A stretch of DNA of 63,708 nucleotides, filler included, from Basidiobolus ranarum (lineage: Eukaryota): the NCBI GenBank assembly GCA_040143965.1. It is 19 parts of 19 records of this genome, joined end to end, with 100 filler letters (N's around TTAATTAATTAA, not from the genome) between each part and the next. Parts side by side here need not be neighbours in the genome. Positions count along the whole stretch, not along the records: positions 1 to 3,271 come from JASJQH010002600.1; positions 3,372 to 6,640 come from JASJQH010002601.1; positions 6,741 to 10,008 come from JASJQH010002602.1; positions 10,109 to 13,375 come from JASJQH010002603.1; 15 more parts are not named here. One strand, 5' to 3'. Every line of letters begins with the position of its first letter. Positions within the stretch are counted from its first letter, which is position 1. A model generated the notes under the pieces. It ran no database searches and was not told where the DNA came from. It saw nothing but the letters and a program-made list of their open reading frames with translations. A program made the translations under genes and the position numbers. This document shows positions 1 to 13,256 of this stretch, piece by piece.

Positions 1-51
1 ATGGATATGGCCATTACTGCCATGAAGTCAGTCATTGCCGAGTGCAACTAA
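1..51 (+). CDS. Possible 3' end of a truncated gene (…MDMAITAMKSVIAECN*)
   Basis: Codon-like open stretch to TAA at 49-51, followed by an AT-rich 3'UTR-like region. Too short to assign. Confidence 0.3.
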   Translation: MDMAITAMKSVIAECN

Positions 52-1240
52 ACACCTTGTCAAGGATCATGTTTGTAATGCTGATCACTTGAATTATACA
101 TATATATATATTTACGAGGACAATTTCGTACATAATAATACCCAACGACTAAATTATAATTATTGATAGTAAATTAATACCGATGGATTGAATAAAAACC
201 ACTAAACATACACTTTTGAGACCTATTTCTGAATTGAACGAGTAATACCCTTACCGGAGTCGAACCACTCCGTAGAAATGATTTTGCAAGCTACAACTGA
301 ATAAGCAACGGCAGATTAAATTTCCATAAAGGAATAATGAATGACTTTATGTAATTCTGTTTATGGTTATCTATTAGTTTCAATCGAGTTAGAGAAGTTC
401 AGGCTTAAAAATGGTGTCTAACATGGGCAACAGAAGAAATATAAAGCAGGATAAATGTAAACTATGCACGTATGTGACAACCCTACGCCAATTACCTGTT
501 ATTATCAATCGAATGATGATCTTTACTCTTCTAATATCGATACATGTTTATCAGAGTGCTTGCAAGTCATTGGAGGTACATAGTTGTTCAAATGATTGAG
601 AGTAACACAGCACTCTAGGATACTTGGACGGAGCGACCAATACTAATAAGTGAAATATCCTTTTGAGATTCAACAAACTTGTAGTTCAATTTTGCTCAGC
701 AGTATTGATTAGCGGATAATAGTAGAGTTGAAAATTTTAATTCTTTAGCAAGGACAGCAGCATTAGCCAGCTAACTTGGCCTCTGCAACTTAAAGTAGGC
801 GATTGTATTGTTCTGGATTATTTGTGCGATGTAAACGTGAGCTGATTATTTACATATTTCTCATATGTTTCATAATTCTTATTTGAGCTTCAGTTTTCAA
901 ATTTGGAGCTTCTCATTGATAAATGGTAACTCAAAATCCTCTCCTGATCAACCATCCTCCATACAGATCTGAATTTATGTTAAACAAAAGATGAATTCAC
1001 ATGTATTTGCATGCTAAAATCAGAAGCGGTGAGCTTGGGAAACATGAGCTCAGAACAGGTTTCCACAAATTTCTTAATCAATACTCAAATCAACGCGCCT
1101 CAACTAGGAATCTTTGATGGGAAGAAAATAGAGCAGGGTAAAATGTTGTCGATAAATATAGGTTATGGAACATGGCTTGTTGGTATAAATATCCACTTAC
1201 TCCCAACTGTTATGTATCAGTATACTTTTTAGCATCTTCA

Positions 1241-2320
1241 ATGAGACTCATTTCTGCCTTGACTTTCTGCTGTGCAGCGATCTCCATGACATCTGCAGTT
1301 CCTCTGACTAAACGTGGAGGATCTGAAGTCGAATCAGCAACAAAGGAAATGCTAATTCGCCATGGCAACTATGCGGCCGCCAGTTACTGCTTGAAGTCAA
1401 GTGTAGTCAAATGGAACTGCGGTAGCCGATGTGTAGGAGATGTCCAAATCACCTCATATTTCGACGATTTGCTATCTGGACTTGCCGGCTACGTAGGTGT
1501 AAATCATAAAGAAAAGACCATCATCGTAGCATTTAGAGGGTAAGTCACTGTGTAACATCTCCGCAGTCTTGTACATGGATAAACTGATAATCTTGCGTTT
1601 AAAAGATCAGCTAATATCCGTAACTGGCTTCACGATTTCGATTTTCTTCCCTTGGACTTTGCGTATCCTAACGCTGAAAAAGGCACCTTGGTTCATGGCG
1701 GGTTTTTGAAAGCATTTAACAGTGTATCACAAGATGTTATTTCTGGGTTAAAGCAAGTTGTTGATCAACTTCCAAACAATCCTGACGATTATGAGCTATT
1801 AGTGACTGGTCATTCACTCGTAGGGCATCTTTACATTATCGGTTTGAAAGAGTGCTGCTAACAAAGTTAATTGATATAGGGAGGTGCCGTTGCAGTCCTT
1901 GGTGCCATGGAGATAAAGAATCACTTATTGAATCCAAATAGTCCCCGTTGTATTACGCCCCCAGCAAAAACCATCAATCCTGCCAAGATTCTTCTGCATA
2001 CCTACGGACAACCCAGAGTGGGAAATGACAAGTTTGCTAAACTAGCCTATCAAACCATGTCCAACTCTACTGTTGGCACTAACATGATTCGCGTCACATC
2101 CAAAAACGATCCTGTCCCTCATCTTCCACCTGATGCTATTGGATTCAAGCATTCACCTCATGAAGTATACATCCATTGGTTCACTGGTAAAACCGTTAAT
2201 TGCAATGATGGATCTAGTAATCCAATAACTGAAGATGAGGACTGTATTCGTGGTTACTTGCCAGTAGATATCATCTCTCATATGACATATTGGGATCTCA
2301 AATTTGGCCCTTGGTGTTAA
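1241..2320 (+). CDS. Secreted class 3 (fungal triacylglycerol) lipase, 3 exons (1241-1539, 1606-1819, 1880-2320)
   Basis: Signal peptide MRLISALTFCCAAISMTSA followed by KR. Splicing two GT-AG introns restores IIVAFRGSANIRNW and the nucleophile elbow GHSLGG. Also VHGGF, TYGQPRVGN, NDPVPHLPP, and the catalytic His in SHMTY. Confidence 0.93.
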
Positions 2321-2970
2321 ATGAATCAACGCCTATTTATATTACCATTAGTATAATTAATTTATTATCTCAATAAAACGGAAGTTCAGCTTTTGAGTGC
2401 CAAGGAACAGCGAGGTAACCAAGTGTGCGAAGAATTTCCGAATATGCGGGGGGTAATACCAGTGACTACAATTGGTTCTACTGTAAGGCTTGACCTTCTG
2501 TCCTACACTTAAAGTCAGAATTACTCAATATGGCCTGGTTTTTCGTATCACATGCTGGAATGTATACCATGTTCTCTGTTGTAACATATTTTTCAATATG
2601 GTTATTAAATATTCAACCATTGAGACAGGTGTTGTGAGTTGGTATCTCGGCTATTACATGCTTGTATAACTGATTCGCAATGATCAAGTGGGATATCAAC
2701 GCATTAAAAGATATATAATAAATATCAAAGTATTTCTTCATACTTGCAGTTTAGTCGCTCATCACGATATTTGATGTACGCATTGCTTGATACATTAAAT
2801 TTTTATGGGATACAACTGTGTTTATTTCATAAAATTGGAGTTATTCTGTAGAAATTCAAATATTTATCACTAATTAAGAATGATTTTAATAAATACACTA
2901 GTAAACAATATACATAATACTAAAATGCTTCAATATGTAGTAGCCAGGCTGGTAAGCACGCATAGTTCGT

Positions 2971-3271
2971 TTAGTCTGACATGGCTACTTGCTTGGGATC
3001 AATATGTAGAGTAAATTCTTCGTTCATTACATTGATATAGACAACGGCATGATCCATGAGTTCACCTGATAAGATAGCACGGCTTAATTGCGTAACCAAA
3101 TGTTTCTCCAGGAATCTACGAACAGGTCGAGCACCATATGTAGGATCATATGAAAGTCGAAGAACGAGATCTGACGCTTCATCCGACATCACCAACTCTA
3201 TGTCTTTGTCCACCAGACGCTTAGCAATCCGGTCCACCTGGATCTTGACAATCTCCCGCAAATTGTCTTGC
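2971..3271 (-). CDS. C-terminal fragment of ClpB/Hsp100 (Hsp104/Hsp101-like) disaggregase
   Basis: D2-small domain motif YDPTYGARPVRRFLEK. Truncated by the contig end. Confidence 0.88.
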
Positions 3272-3371
3272 NNNNNNNNNNNNNNNNNNNNNNNNNNNNN
3301 NNNNNNNNNNNNNNNTTAATTAATTAANNNNNNNNNNNNNNNNNNNNNNNNNNNNNNNNNNNNNNNNNNNN
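3272..3371. other. Artificial contig-joining spacer (N44-TTAATTAATTAA-N44), first of 18
   Basis: Identical 100-nt spacers start at 3272, 6641, 10009, 13376, 16741, 20105, 23468, 26829, 30189, 33548, 36906, 40262, 43615, 46968, 50319, 53669, 57017 and 60364. The core has stops in all six frames, and contig lengths never increase along the window. Confidence 0.98.
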
Positions 3372-4092
3372 GTCATGGTGTCTCCCTGGATGTAGCCCAC
3401 TGAACCAAATGATGTTTGCTTCCAAATCTGTCAAAGCCTGGAGCTTTAGACGGTGATCTTTGTGCTTGCCAGAGTAGAATAGTGTTTGGTTGCTTTTGGG
3501 CCTGTTAATTTGGACAGGAAATGTGTCAAGAATACACCTGATATGAACTCTATTGGGAAATTCTCCCGGAAATGGAAGGAAATTTGAGTCTCTAAATCTT
3601 TTGTTCCAGGCACCATCAACAGCATTCATGACTGAAGCTAGATAATACTCACTTACTAGAAGCCTGATATGGAAGCTTCTCCCACCTTTACTACCATTAA
3701 CAGTGCACTGAAGTTGGATTGAACAATAGTTTTTGTAGTAACAAAGCAAAATTTGCTAGCTGCTTTTTGAAGTGTTCTGGAGTATATGAGCCATAGTATT
3801 TCTCAAACATAGCTTCTAGGGTGGTACAGGAAAGCAAGTAGTTGTTTTTTGATTAATGCGGAATGACCATTTAGAGTAGATAGAGAGCATGATATAAATC
3901 TTGTATTGAGCTGGCATGATACTGAGTGATCTGATGCATGTGAGTTAATTTTCCAACAACTCCAATTATCATGGTAAAATTCCCTACATTCCATATAATA
4001 AGATCTCTGTTTGCATTTATTATTCTAATTATTTCATTTGTGTCTAAGTGCATGGAAATTATATAATAAATAGCATCAGCAAAGTTAAACAT
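3372..4092 (-). mobile_element. Degenerate PIF/Harbinger-ISL2EU-type DDE_Tnp_4 transposase
   Basis: ILDTFPVQINRP…FYSGKHKDH…QALTD…G…HD. Frameshifted upstream. Homologous copy at about 11870-12370. Confidence 0.75.
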
Positions 4093-4859
4093 AATTTGAT
4101 CTAAATCAATTCATTTTGCATACATATCAAAATGGATCAAAGCAGAATGCATTAAGCTTAATGATGCTATAAGAAATTAATTTTGACATTTTAACCAATT
4201 ATATAAAATAGTCCCTAATTCTGTTTGAACCCAATAAAGTCTAACATCATAGATATATATGGAAGTTATGTATCATGTCAAAACAGATTCCTCCCAATTC
4301 AAAACCTACTTTGATATATGAAACTACCACTTCCAACATTTTGTGCATTCAGTCAAATGAAGATGTAGATGGTACAAAGCAGTGCTTGTATCATGATTTT
4401 ACAGATACCCATGTATCCACTATGAATTCTTGCTTGGATATATGGGAGTTGTTGATAAACTTGATAGAAGCTGGGAAAGGGGGCATTAGACAAAAGTGGA
4501 AGCAACTTTCAACTCTGCTTTGGAGAGAATATTAAATCTTCATGCTTTCATGAGGATAGAAAGTGAGAATTGAGAAATAGGAATTTTGATTTTGAGTCTG
4601 CAATGACACAATTCCAATTGCTTTTTTGCTTGTTTGGACCAGAAGCAAACATTGCAGCCTCAACTCAAGAGACAAAAGATGTTCCAGAAAGATATCCACC
4701 ACTACTCAATGAGGCTCTACAGCAATTGTTGATGAAGGTTGCAGAGTTCAAAATAACATCTCAGGGCACTATGCCAAGAGTGATCAACATAGATGTAAAC
4801 AAAGCAAGACAATTTATTGAATTAGAAGATATTCCTGAAGGTTAATTGGAGCAGTCTAA

Positions 4860-6640
4860 ACCATAGCACTGATGTACTACATCACTCCAAGTCAAGGAGA
4901 TAGCAATCCACTAAGATAGCACCATTTTCAAGCTCTGGAGAAATAAAACCTACTCAGAATTTAGCCCTAATTCATTCTGACCTATGTGGGCCCATAAAAA
5001 ATTGTCAAACTAGGTGGCAAAAGGCACTTTATCACCTTTATTGATGACTATACCAGACATACTTAGGTATTCTTTCTCAAGTCAAAATCTGAAGCCTTAG
5101 CTACATTTAATGATTACAAAGCAATAGCAGAGAAAAAATCAGCTCAAAAAATAAAGGTATTAAGGATTGATGATGGTGGAAAATACTGCTCCATAGACTT
5201 TCCCTAGTTTCTATTCTAAACATGGAAATAAGCTACAAACTACCATACCTTTTACTACACAGCAAAATGGAGTTGCAGAATGTGCTTATAGAACCATGAT
5301 GGAGATGGCGAGATCAATGCTACATGATCAAAAGTTAGATTGCCAATATTGGACTTGATCTTTCACCACTGCAGTCTATATCAAAAACAGCTGCTTAAAA
5401 AGATTGCTACAAAATTCTACTCCATTTGAAGCCCTGTGTGGATCAAAACCAAGTGTGGATCATCTCAGTATATTTGGTTGCACAGCATATTTCCTAATTC
5501 CAGCTCAAAAATGCCCTAAATTGCATGCATAGGCACAAAATGCATTTTTCTTGGTTACTGTGTTGGATCTAAGGCCCATACAATATTTGATTCCAAAAAT
5601 CAGAAGTTGATTAAGTGCAGAGATGTGATTTTTGCTGAAAAAGCAAATTTTTCATCTCCAATCACAGTTCTTGATCAAGAAAACACACGCATTGCTATTC
5701 TGGGAGTGTCTGACAAAATCCCAGCTTTATCTGAGCCCTAGTTAACCAAAATTCCAGTCTCAACTACATCAGAGGATGATTCAGCACCCAGAAGACCATC
5801 CAGAAGGAGAAATAAGCCAGGAAACTGGTGGAACACTTCCAATGATGATGTATATGCTTATCCAGCATACTGTGACAAGCCACAGACTCTATATCAATCT
5901 ATGGAATCTCCAGAATCAAAATTTTGGGAAAAGCAATGTCAAATGAGTTTTCTTCACTTCTGGACAATACAACATGGATTTTAAGTCCTCTTCCATCAGG
6001 GAGAAAGCCAATATATTGCAAATGGGTCCACAAAGTCAAAAACCAAGTTGAAGGAACCATAGTAAGGTACAAAGCAACATTAGTTGCAAAAGGCTATTCC
6101 CACACTCCCGGAGTTGATTTTAATGAAATGTTTGCTCTGGTAGCTAAGTTTAGCTCCATTAGATCAATTCTGGTACTCTCAGCTCTCCATAAACTTGATC
6201 CACATCAAATGGATGTAAAAACAGCCTTGCTGAATGGAAATCACACTATTTACATCAAAACAACCGGAAATAGGATCCTTCTTTTTTAGACAAAAAGCAG
6301 CTTATCAAACCAATTTCAGATAACCAATATGGGTGAATTAAGTTGTTTGCTTGTAATCCTAATCAAGACAGATAAACCCAATCAGATAATCTTGCTGAAT
6401 GAGTCTAGATAAGTCTTAGACATCCTTAAACACTTCAACATGGAGAATGGCAAGCCTGTATTAACACCAATGGATCCTAATGAGAAAATAATCAAAATTT
6501 TATCCAATTTGGCCCAAAATGACTAAAATCAAAGCCATGAGTTCCCTTATGAATCCATGGTGGTTAATTTAATGTATACAATGGTTGGAACATGTCCAGA
6601 CATTGCTGCAGCAGTGGAAACTGCCAGCCAATATCTCAAC
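4860..6640 (+). mobile_element. Degenerate Ty1/copia pol (integrase then RT)
   Basis: IHSDLCGP, FITFIDDYTR, QQNGVAE, LPSGRKPIYCKWVHKVK, LVAKGYS, HQMDVKTA. Many stops and frameshifts. Confidence 0.92.
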
Positions 6641-7130
6641 NNNNNNNNNNNNNNNNNNNNNNNNNNNNNNNNNNNNNNNNNNNNTTAATTAATTAANNNN
6701 NNNNNNNNNNNNNNNNNNNNNNNNNNNNNNNNNNNNNNNNAGTATTGTCACAATATCTTAAAAGATTGATTTCTTGATTGTCACTTTGTTTAGATTAGTA
6801 TTTAAGCTAAATAAAGTCTACACCATCTGGTGCTTTTCATCCCCCCTAACCCTAAGTGTGTGAGATCTGACCTTTGGAAGATTTCGGCATGCCAATCACT
6901 TCCTCTATACTATTGACTTGGATTTATAGTGTGAGAAGAATGTACATGGGAGATTGCATCCTGTAAACCCCCTGCTTCTTTTTATACTGCAGGACTATAT
7001 CCCTCAGGTCCCTTCTTTTTATCTGTACCATCCTTGATCATTAGCTTAAAAGAAAAAAGCCCTAACTGTGAGTTCACATTGCTGCACTTGCGTTGTCATC
7101 ATTTGTGTTTAAAGCTTCACTGGCAGTAAC

Positions 7131-7390
7131 TGTTGAAATAAACATAGCTTAAACACTACATAGTATAGTATTTAGGTAATCAATATATCACTAAGATATC
7201 ACCAATATTCTCAGTTGGAATTTACTTAGAATATTATTACCAACTTCGTTAACACATTCTATATGTTCGTTGGTTTACACCTTGACAACTGAATATGTAA
7301 AGTTTTCAACTCAAGAAATTAAAGAATGGAAACCACCAACTCTTCTAGTTCCCAAAACAACTTTGAACAAACTCCCCAAACACTTTAACA
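7131..7390 (+). mobile_element. Solo LTR, copia family A (internally deleted), perfect 5-bp TSD GTAAC
   Basis: TGTTG…TTAACA termini. GTAAC at 7126-7130 and 7391-7395. Homologous to the LTR at 39202-39547. Confidence 0.85.
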
Positions 7391-7511
7391 GTAACTTTAT
7401 TAACTCCTAGGCATGTGCTACCATTGCAACAAAAAAATCACAAAATCTGGTGACATGTTTATAAAATAAGAGTGTATTTTTCTATTACGGACCCCAAGCT
7501 TTTCATAGTAC

Positions 7512-8838
7512 CTAATTCAACCCACTATAATGGCGTCTATCAATAAAACGCTTCATCTTAGCGCCAGTCCGCCCTTTTTCCACTTGATCATAAGTAACCG
7601 GTTCGATCAGAACATCCTCATGGTGTTCCACCTCTAACAGCTCCACCATTTTTTGATGTAACAACTGTGGTATATTATCAAAGACTACCCTAAATATAAT
7701 TCGAAAGACAACGGTATCTCGTTTCCCCATGACACCTTCGAATACAGCTTGCCAGTCCAATATATTCCACTCTGCTTTTTGCAGTTCTTGTTCCAACTCT
7801 AGAGGGTTAAAGTATTCACCTTGGAAATTGACAGATTTTACGGGGTTTCTCCCATACAATCGTAGTACAGCCAAACTTCGCCCATTTGCCAATGGATCAC
7901 CGCGGTAAGCGTGTAGTGAACCTAAGTCACCAGTACAGTATCGGATGAGTGGATTACGTAATCTCATCAATGAAGTTAATACGATTTCCCCCTTCTCACC
8001 CTCTGTAGCATGAGTACCATCTTCTTTAAGAATCTCAACTATCATCATTTTTTTGTCATAGACAAAATTGGATCCCTGAGCAGCTCCTTGACCAAGTTTA
8101 GCTGGCCCACATGCTGCCCAAACTCCCCCCTCAGCTGACCCATATACGGATGTAATGACACTAGCTCCAAAAGTGGTCCTGAGATAATATTCTTGATGAA
8201 CTGGTAGCACCTCTGATGTATAAAAAATCTTGTCAAATTTTACCAACGATTGCAATCCATTTGCCTCTATGTACTGTGCAAAGTTAATCATTTGCGTGCA
8301 CGTGCCTGATATGGCATTAGCACCAAATTGTATAGCAAGGCTTGCGAGAATATCTGAAGATGTACTTGCACCAGCTGCGAGAGCTGTACCATGAGAGTTA
8401 TCAATTAATTCGCATATTAAATCCAAGGACCTGGGGATATTGAGTAGATTAGAAGTTAATCTTTCTCGTCCTTTCAAATTAAAGGTAGACTTACCTGTAC
8501 ATGTACTTCCCACCTTGTAGCACCAGTACGATATCTTCTTTGGTAATCACACTTTGTTCATTCATCAATCTGCCCATTTCTTCCCTTTGAGCTCTATTTT
8601 CATCAGTATCTGTGATGAAATATAACAATGGACCGTCGGAAGTCCCACCGGTAGGGCTGAGATAAGCAGATTGTAGAATAGACTTGTCGGAATTAATGGC
8701 ATATTGGAGTTGATTGTAGAGAGTGACTTTATCTAGAAGAGGAATAGCTGCCAAGTCCAACTTGCTTGGGTACCGGAGCGAAGCATATAGCGGATGCCTA
8801 ACCCCCGCAGAAAGCACTTCTTCCAAAGAATACAGCAT
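7512..8838 (-). CDS. Phenylacetate-CoA ligase/F390-synthetase-like adenylate-forming enzyme, 2 exons (8838-8495, 8430-7512), about 420 aa
   Basis: A GTAAG…CAG intron (8494-8431) joins the two ORFs in frame. ANL motifs: SPTGGTSDGP (A3-like), YGSAEGG (A5), GEIVLTSL…PLIRYCTGDLG (A7), and C-terminal GAKMKRFID (A10 Lys). Confidence 0.85.
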
Positions 8839-9329
8839 TGATAATAATAGTAAGTGAATAGTTGGGTGGTGGTATCGCTCGTGAAGGCTTTTTAAGTCAT
8901 CGATGATCATTTTCCTCTTACTAGCAATGAAATCACTAGGAGATCATATACATTTACAGTACTAAGACCTGTTGCACAGATTGCACAGCATAAAGCTGGG
9001 CTAAGCAAGTTTTAGAATGTCAAAATGAGCATATTTTGTTCATTCAATTTCCTCGGATTCCCGCCAATAAAACTGACTCTCCAATCGTAATCTTGCCACA
9101 TTGTAACAAGTGCTTTTTCAACAGCATGTATTTCTATTGTCTACTTGGTGCTGATTTGGCTTGAATATGGATAAAAAAACTAACTGGCTCGTTGCTGATG
9201 ACTACAAAAGTAACAAAAATACTCTCTGACATGTGACTTAAGGGGCTTGTATTTATTATTTACTGTCTTCGTACAAACATTCATGATTGGAAGATCAATG
9301 CTATATGTGGCATTAACACTTTTCATGCT

Positions 9330-9960
9330 TATAAATTTACATCCTAAAGCACTAAATCTTACAGCCAAGATTAGTGAAGCCTCGATTGCAGACTTGGATT
9401 GAAATGTCATTTCACCAAATGAAAAACATGTAAACTGCCATCCATAAGGGGTTACATCTTATTGTCGATTCGTGGTGGAACGAGCCGGAATTTTATAACG
9501 CAATACCAGTGCCCGCAAGGTTAGAAACCGTAATAAAGCGGCCGGCCATTCACCGTATGAAGGTAGGATCTTACCAGCAAGAGTTCCTTGTACCGCAAGA
9601 CAACAACACGCCTATACAAGTATGTGAAATCAACTGTCTATTCATGTCCAATGAGTTTCTTATGGCGCAATATATTCAGAAATTCATAGAACCATGGATT
9701 GATGGCTAAAATTTGGAACAGTTGAAGGAAGCTCTAGTGATAATGTAAATTTTGAAATCAACATAGTTCAAATAAGAGACTCTTTGTAGCATTTCTAAAG
9801 ATTCCGTTACAGTTTCTACAGATATTTGACCCTGCTAAGCCTTTGGTTCTTATTAAGAAACATGAATAAGGATACAGTATACACCTTTTCCAAAGTTGGT
9901 TTCGAAATTCACGGTCCTTCTAAGTTGGCTATAATTCCTGATCCTACCTCAGCATTACTC
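9330..9960 (+). pseudogene. Decayed ATP-grasp/glutathione-synthetase-like gene fragment
   Basis: IVDSWWNEP…GSYQQEFLV…IQVCEINCLF and later FDPAKPLVLIK, resembling the GSxRPDFL…QICEINARF family. Multiple stops. Confidence 0.5.
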
Positions 9961-10108
9961 TAGAGCGACAGGCTTTAGGGGGAGGGGGGAAGCACAGGGG
10001 GGGGGAATNNNNNNNNNNNNNNNNNNNNNNNNNNNNNNNNNNNNNNNNNNNNTTAATTAATTAANNNNNNNNNNNNNNNNNNNNNNNNNNNNNNNNNNNN
10101 NNNNNNNN

Positions 10109-11353
10109 CTCTAGATCAAGCTCTAGAGTGTGCTGACTAAATTATAGGAAAAAGCATTGTCTGATGAGTTTTCTTTACATCAGGACATTAAAGCATGTGT
10201 GCTAAATACTCTTTTATCACGGTGAAAGCCAATGAGTGAACACTGGTGGAACACTTCCAATGATGATTCATATGCTTATGCAGCATTCTGTGACAAGCCA
10301 CAGACTTTAGATCAAGCTCTGGAGTGTCCAGAATCCAAATTATGAGAAAAAGCAATGTCAGGTGAGTTTTCTTCACTTCAGGACAGTAAAATGTGGGTTT
10401 TAAGTCCTCTTCCATTAGGCAGAAAGCCAATAGGTTGCAAATGGGTCTGCAAAGTCAAAAACCAAGTTGATTGAACCATAAAAGGTACAAAGTACAATTA
10501 GTTGCTAAAGGTTATTTGCAGACTCCTGGAGTTGATGTTAATGAAGCTCTGCCTCTAGTAGCTAAGTATAGCTTCAGAATATCTATCCTGACACTTATGG
10601 CTATCATAACCTTGATTACATTTAATGGATGTAAAAACAGCATTTTAAATGTAACTCTAGAAGAAGTGATATATGTAGAGCAACCAGATGGATTTGCACC
10701 CTAAAACATTCAGATATAGGCTCTGAGCTGCAAAAATTGCTATATGGACTTAAGCAAACACTCAGGGCATGGTACAATCAGCTAGTTACCTATTTGTAAT
10801 CACAGGACTTCCAAAAATGAATTGCAGACTACAGCATTTGCTTAATAATAGACAGAAATAGGATCCTTTGGTTGGCACTACATGTGGCTAACATGAATAT
10901 AGCTATAAATGAGCTAGAAGCACTTAATCAGACAAACAAAATCTTATCAAACCAAATTCAGATGACTGATATGGTTGAAATAAATATTATCATGCAATCC
11001 AAAGCAAGAGAGATAGACCTAGTCAGAAAATCAAGCTGAATCATTCTAGATACATTCTAGGCACCTGAAGATGCTTCAACAAGGAGAATAACAAGTCTGC
11101 ATCAACATCAATGGATCCTAATGTGTAATTAATCAAAATTTCATTCAATTTGGCCCAAAATGACTCAATTCAAAACCAAGAGTTCTCTTATCAATTCATG
11201 GTGGGTAGTTTAGTATCTACAATGGCTGGAACACTTCCAGACATTGCTGTGGCAGTGAGAAGTTTCAGCTCATATCTAAAAAATCAAGGATCTGAGCTCA
11301 AAACAGCAGTAAAACAAAGTTTCAGGTATTTGAGAGAAACTGTAGATCTATGA
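10109..11353 (+). mobile_element. Degenerate Ty1/copia RT, same family as 5810-6640
   Basis: LVAKGYLQTPGVD, IYVEQPDGF, LYGLKQ, MVGSLV…TLPDIAVAV. Direct nucleotide similarity to the contig-2 copy. Confidence 0.9.
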
Positions 11354-11869
11354 TGATAGATCCCATAAGTTTCCATCAGGGTTGCTGATCTTTTTGTATC
11401 ATTGGTGAAAGTGAGAAAATTAATTTTATAGTGTGATCAAGCATTATGCATTTTGCATTGAGCTATTTCAATATAAATCTCTAAGAATTTCATTCAGTTT
11501 GGTCTGTGATTAACTTGGTTGATGCAGCTTATTGTATAATATATATGCAATTGCATACAATTAAAATAATTGGAACATCCAATGCAGGCAAAATTTTAGT
11601 AGCCTTGTTCCATTTTATTGAGCCAGGTCAGGCCAGCTGAAAAGTGTGCCAGCACAATGTGGGACAATTGGGTAATATCTGGCATGATATTATTTACCAA
11701 TTCAGAAACAGTAGTTTTATTTGTGGGGTATATTTAGGAAAAGGGCTTTTAGACATGATTACACATTCCAAAATGATGAAAGCTTTATTCATAGTGTCTT
11801 AAGTCTAGAGCTCCCAATAGATATCTTTGAGTATGAATGTATTGAGAATTAATCAAGATTTTGACTTCT

Positions 11870-12370
11870 TTGCCTTACCTTGATTGAGGCCCACAAAATG
11901 ATTTTCCTCTATACTTTCCTATTACATTGCTATATCTCTTTAGGAAACCAAAGCTACATTCTACTCTTGTTCTTAAATGGGAAAAATGGTCATTATAAAG
12001 CTTTTGCCTCTCTGTGACTATCTCTCCTTTGGGCCTCTTGTTTGCTGTGGCACACCTTAGCCTTCTGCATTCTTCCCAACATATGCCAACTCAGCCATAG
12101 TCTTCTCATATCTGACAAATGGTGCACACTTTTCAACCCAAAGCCTTTTGTCAAGATGTTGCCATGGATGTGGCCCACTAAACAAAAGATGTTTCCTTCA
12201 ATATCTGTGAAAGCCTGGAACTTTACACAGTGAGCTTGGTACTTGCTAGAATAGAATAGCTTTTGGTTGTTAATGGGTCTGTTGATTGTCATAGGAAATA
12301 TGTCAAGAATACTTCTGATGTGAACTCAATTGGGTAATACTCCAGGAAATGGAAGGAAATGAGAGTCTCT
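11870..12370 (-). mobile_element. Degenerate PIF/Harbinger-ISL2EU-type transposase (second copy)
   Basis: INRPINNQKLFYSSKYQAHCVKFQAFTDIEGNI, and downstream RTRVECSFGFLK. Confidence 0.75.
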
Positions 12371-12842
12371 TTTTTATGATTGTGATCTTGGCATACTCAT
12401 CTACTGGAAATAGAACTCTTTTATTATTAGCTTGTGACATCATATTTGCTGAGCCATCCCTTCTCAGCAATATTGTGTTGGTTCATCCAGGTTTCTTATG
12501 TGGAAGTCATGTTCTTTCGAACATTGCATGAAACCTAACCAATCATGTCATCCCACATATAGTATATTTCTGGCAAGACCTTCCATGGAAGGTCACCTGA
12601 ACATCCTTACATCATCCTTACTTCATTCCTCTTTGTGTTAGTCTGTGTAGTCATCAACATCCCAACACTGGAACTTGCCACAGTATATTCACTATTCAAT
12701 ATATTATGTTTCATCCTGCAATATCTATATAAGCTCCATGTATTCCATGATCAGACGGAGGTCTCAGTAATCAACAAAGATTGTTGCCAAAGTATCTTCC
12801 CTATCCAGTCTTGTCTTATGATCTACACCCAGGTCCCAAACT

Positions 12843-13256
12843 GAAATTTGAGGATTATTATTGTAGAAAAACCATCTCAATTTTTATCCATATGGGTTTG
12901 ACCATTTACTTACCATCATAAAATCATCAAGTTAGATTTGATTTTAATCAATTTTTTCAGTTTCAGGAATGAAATTTCAAGATTTGGCAAAATAGTTGCG
13001 CATGATTGGCTACAATATCAGAGAACTATGGATCAACACATGTGCAAAATATGTAACTCAAATTTTACACAATTACCACTTGAATGATAATTTGTCACCT
13101 TTGAAATCCCTAGTCTCTATGATATATTCTCCTAAATACTTTTATAGAGTTTGTCATACCCAAGGTTTAGCTCATACCCAACACAAGTTTGTATCAATAT
13201 CTCCATCAAAGCCCACCATTGTATTAACATTGCTGAATCAACATTCATCCAGCTAT
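12843..13256. repeat. Dispersed repeat of about 410 bp, inverted copy at 23568-23980
   Basis: Direct nucleotide similarity. The ORF-track peptides 12996-13295 and 23516-23827 are near-identical. Confidence 0.85.
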
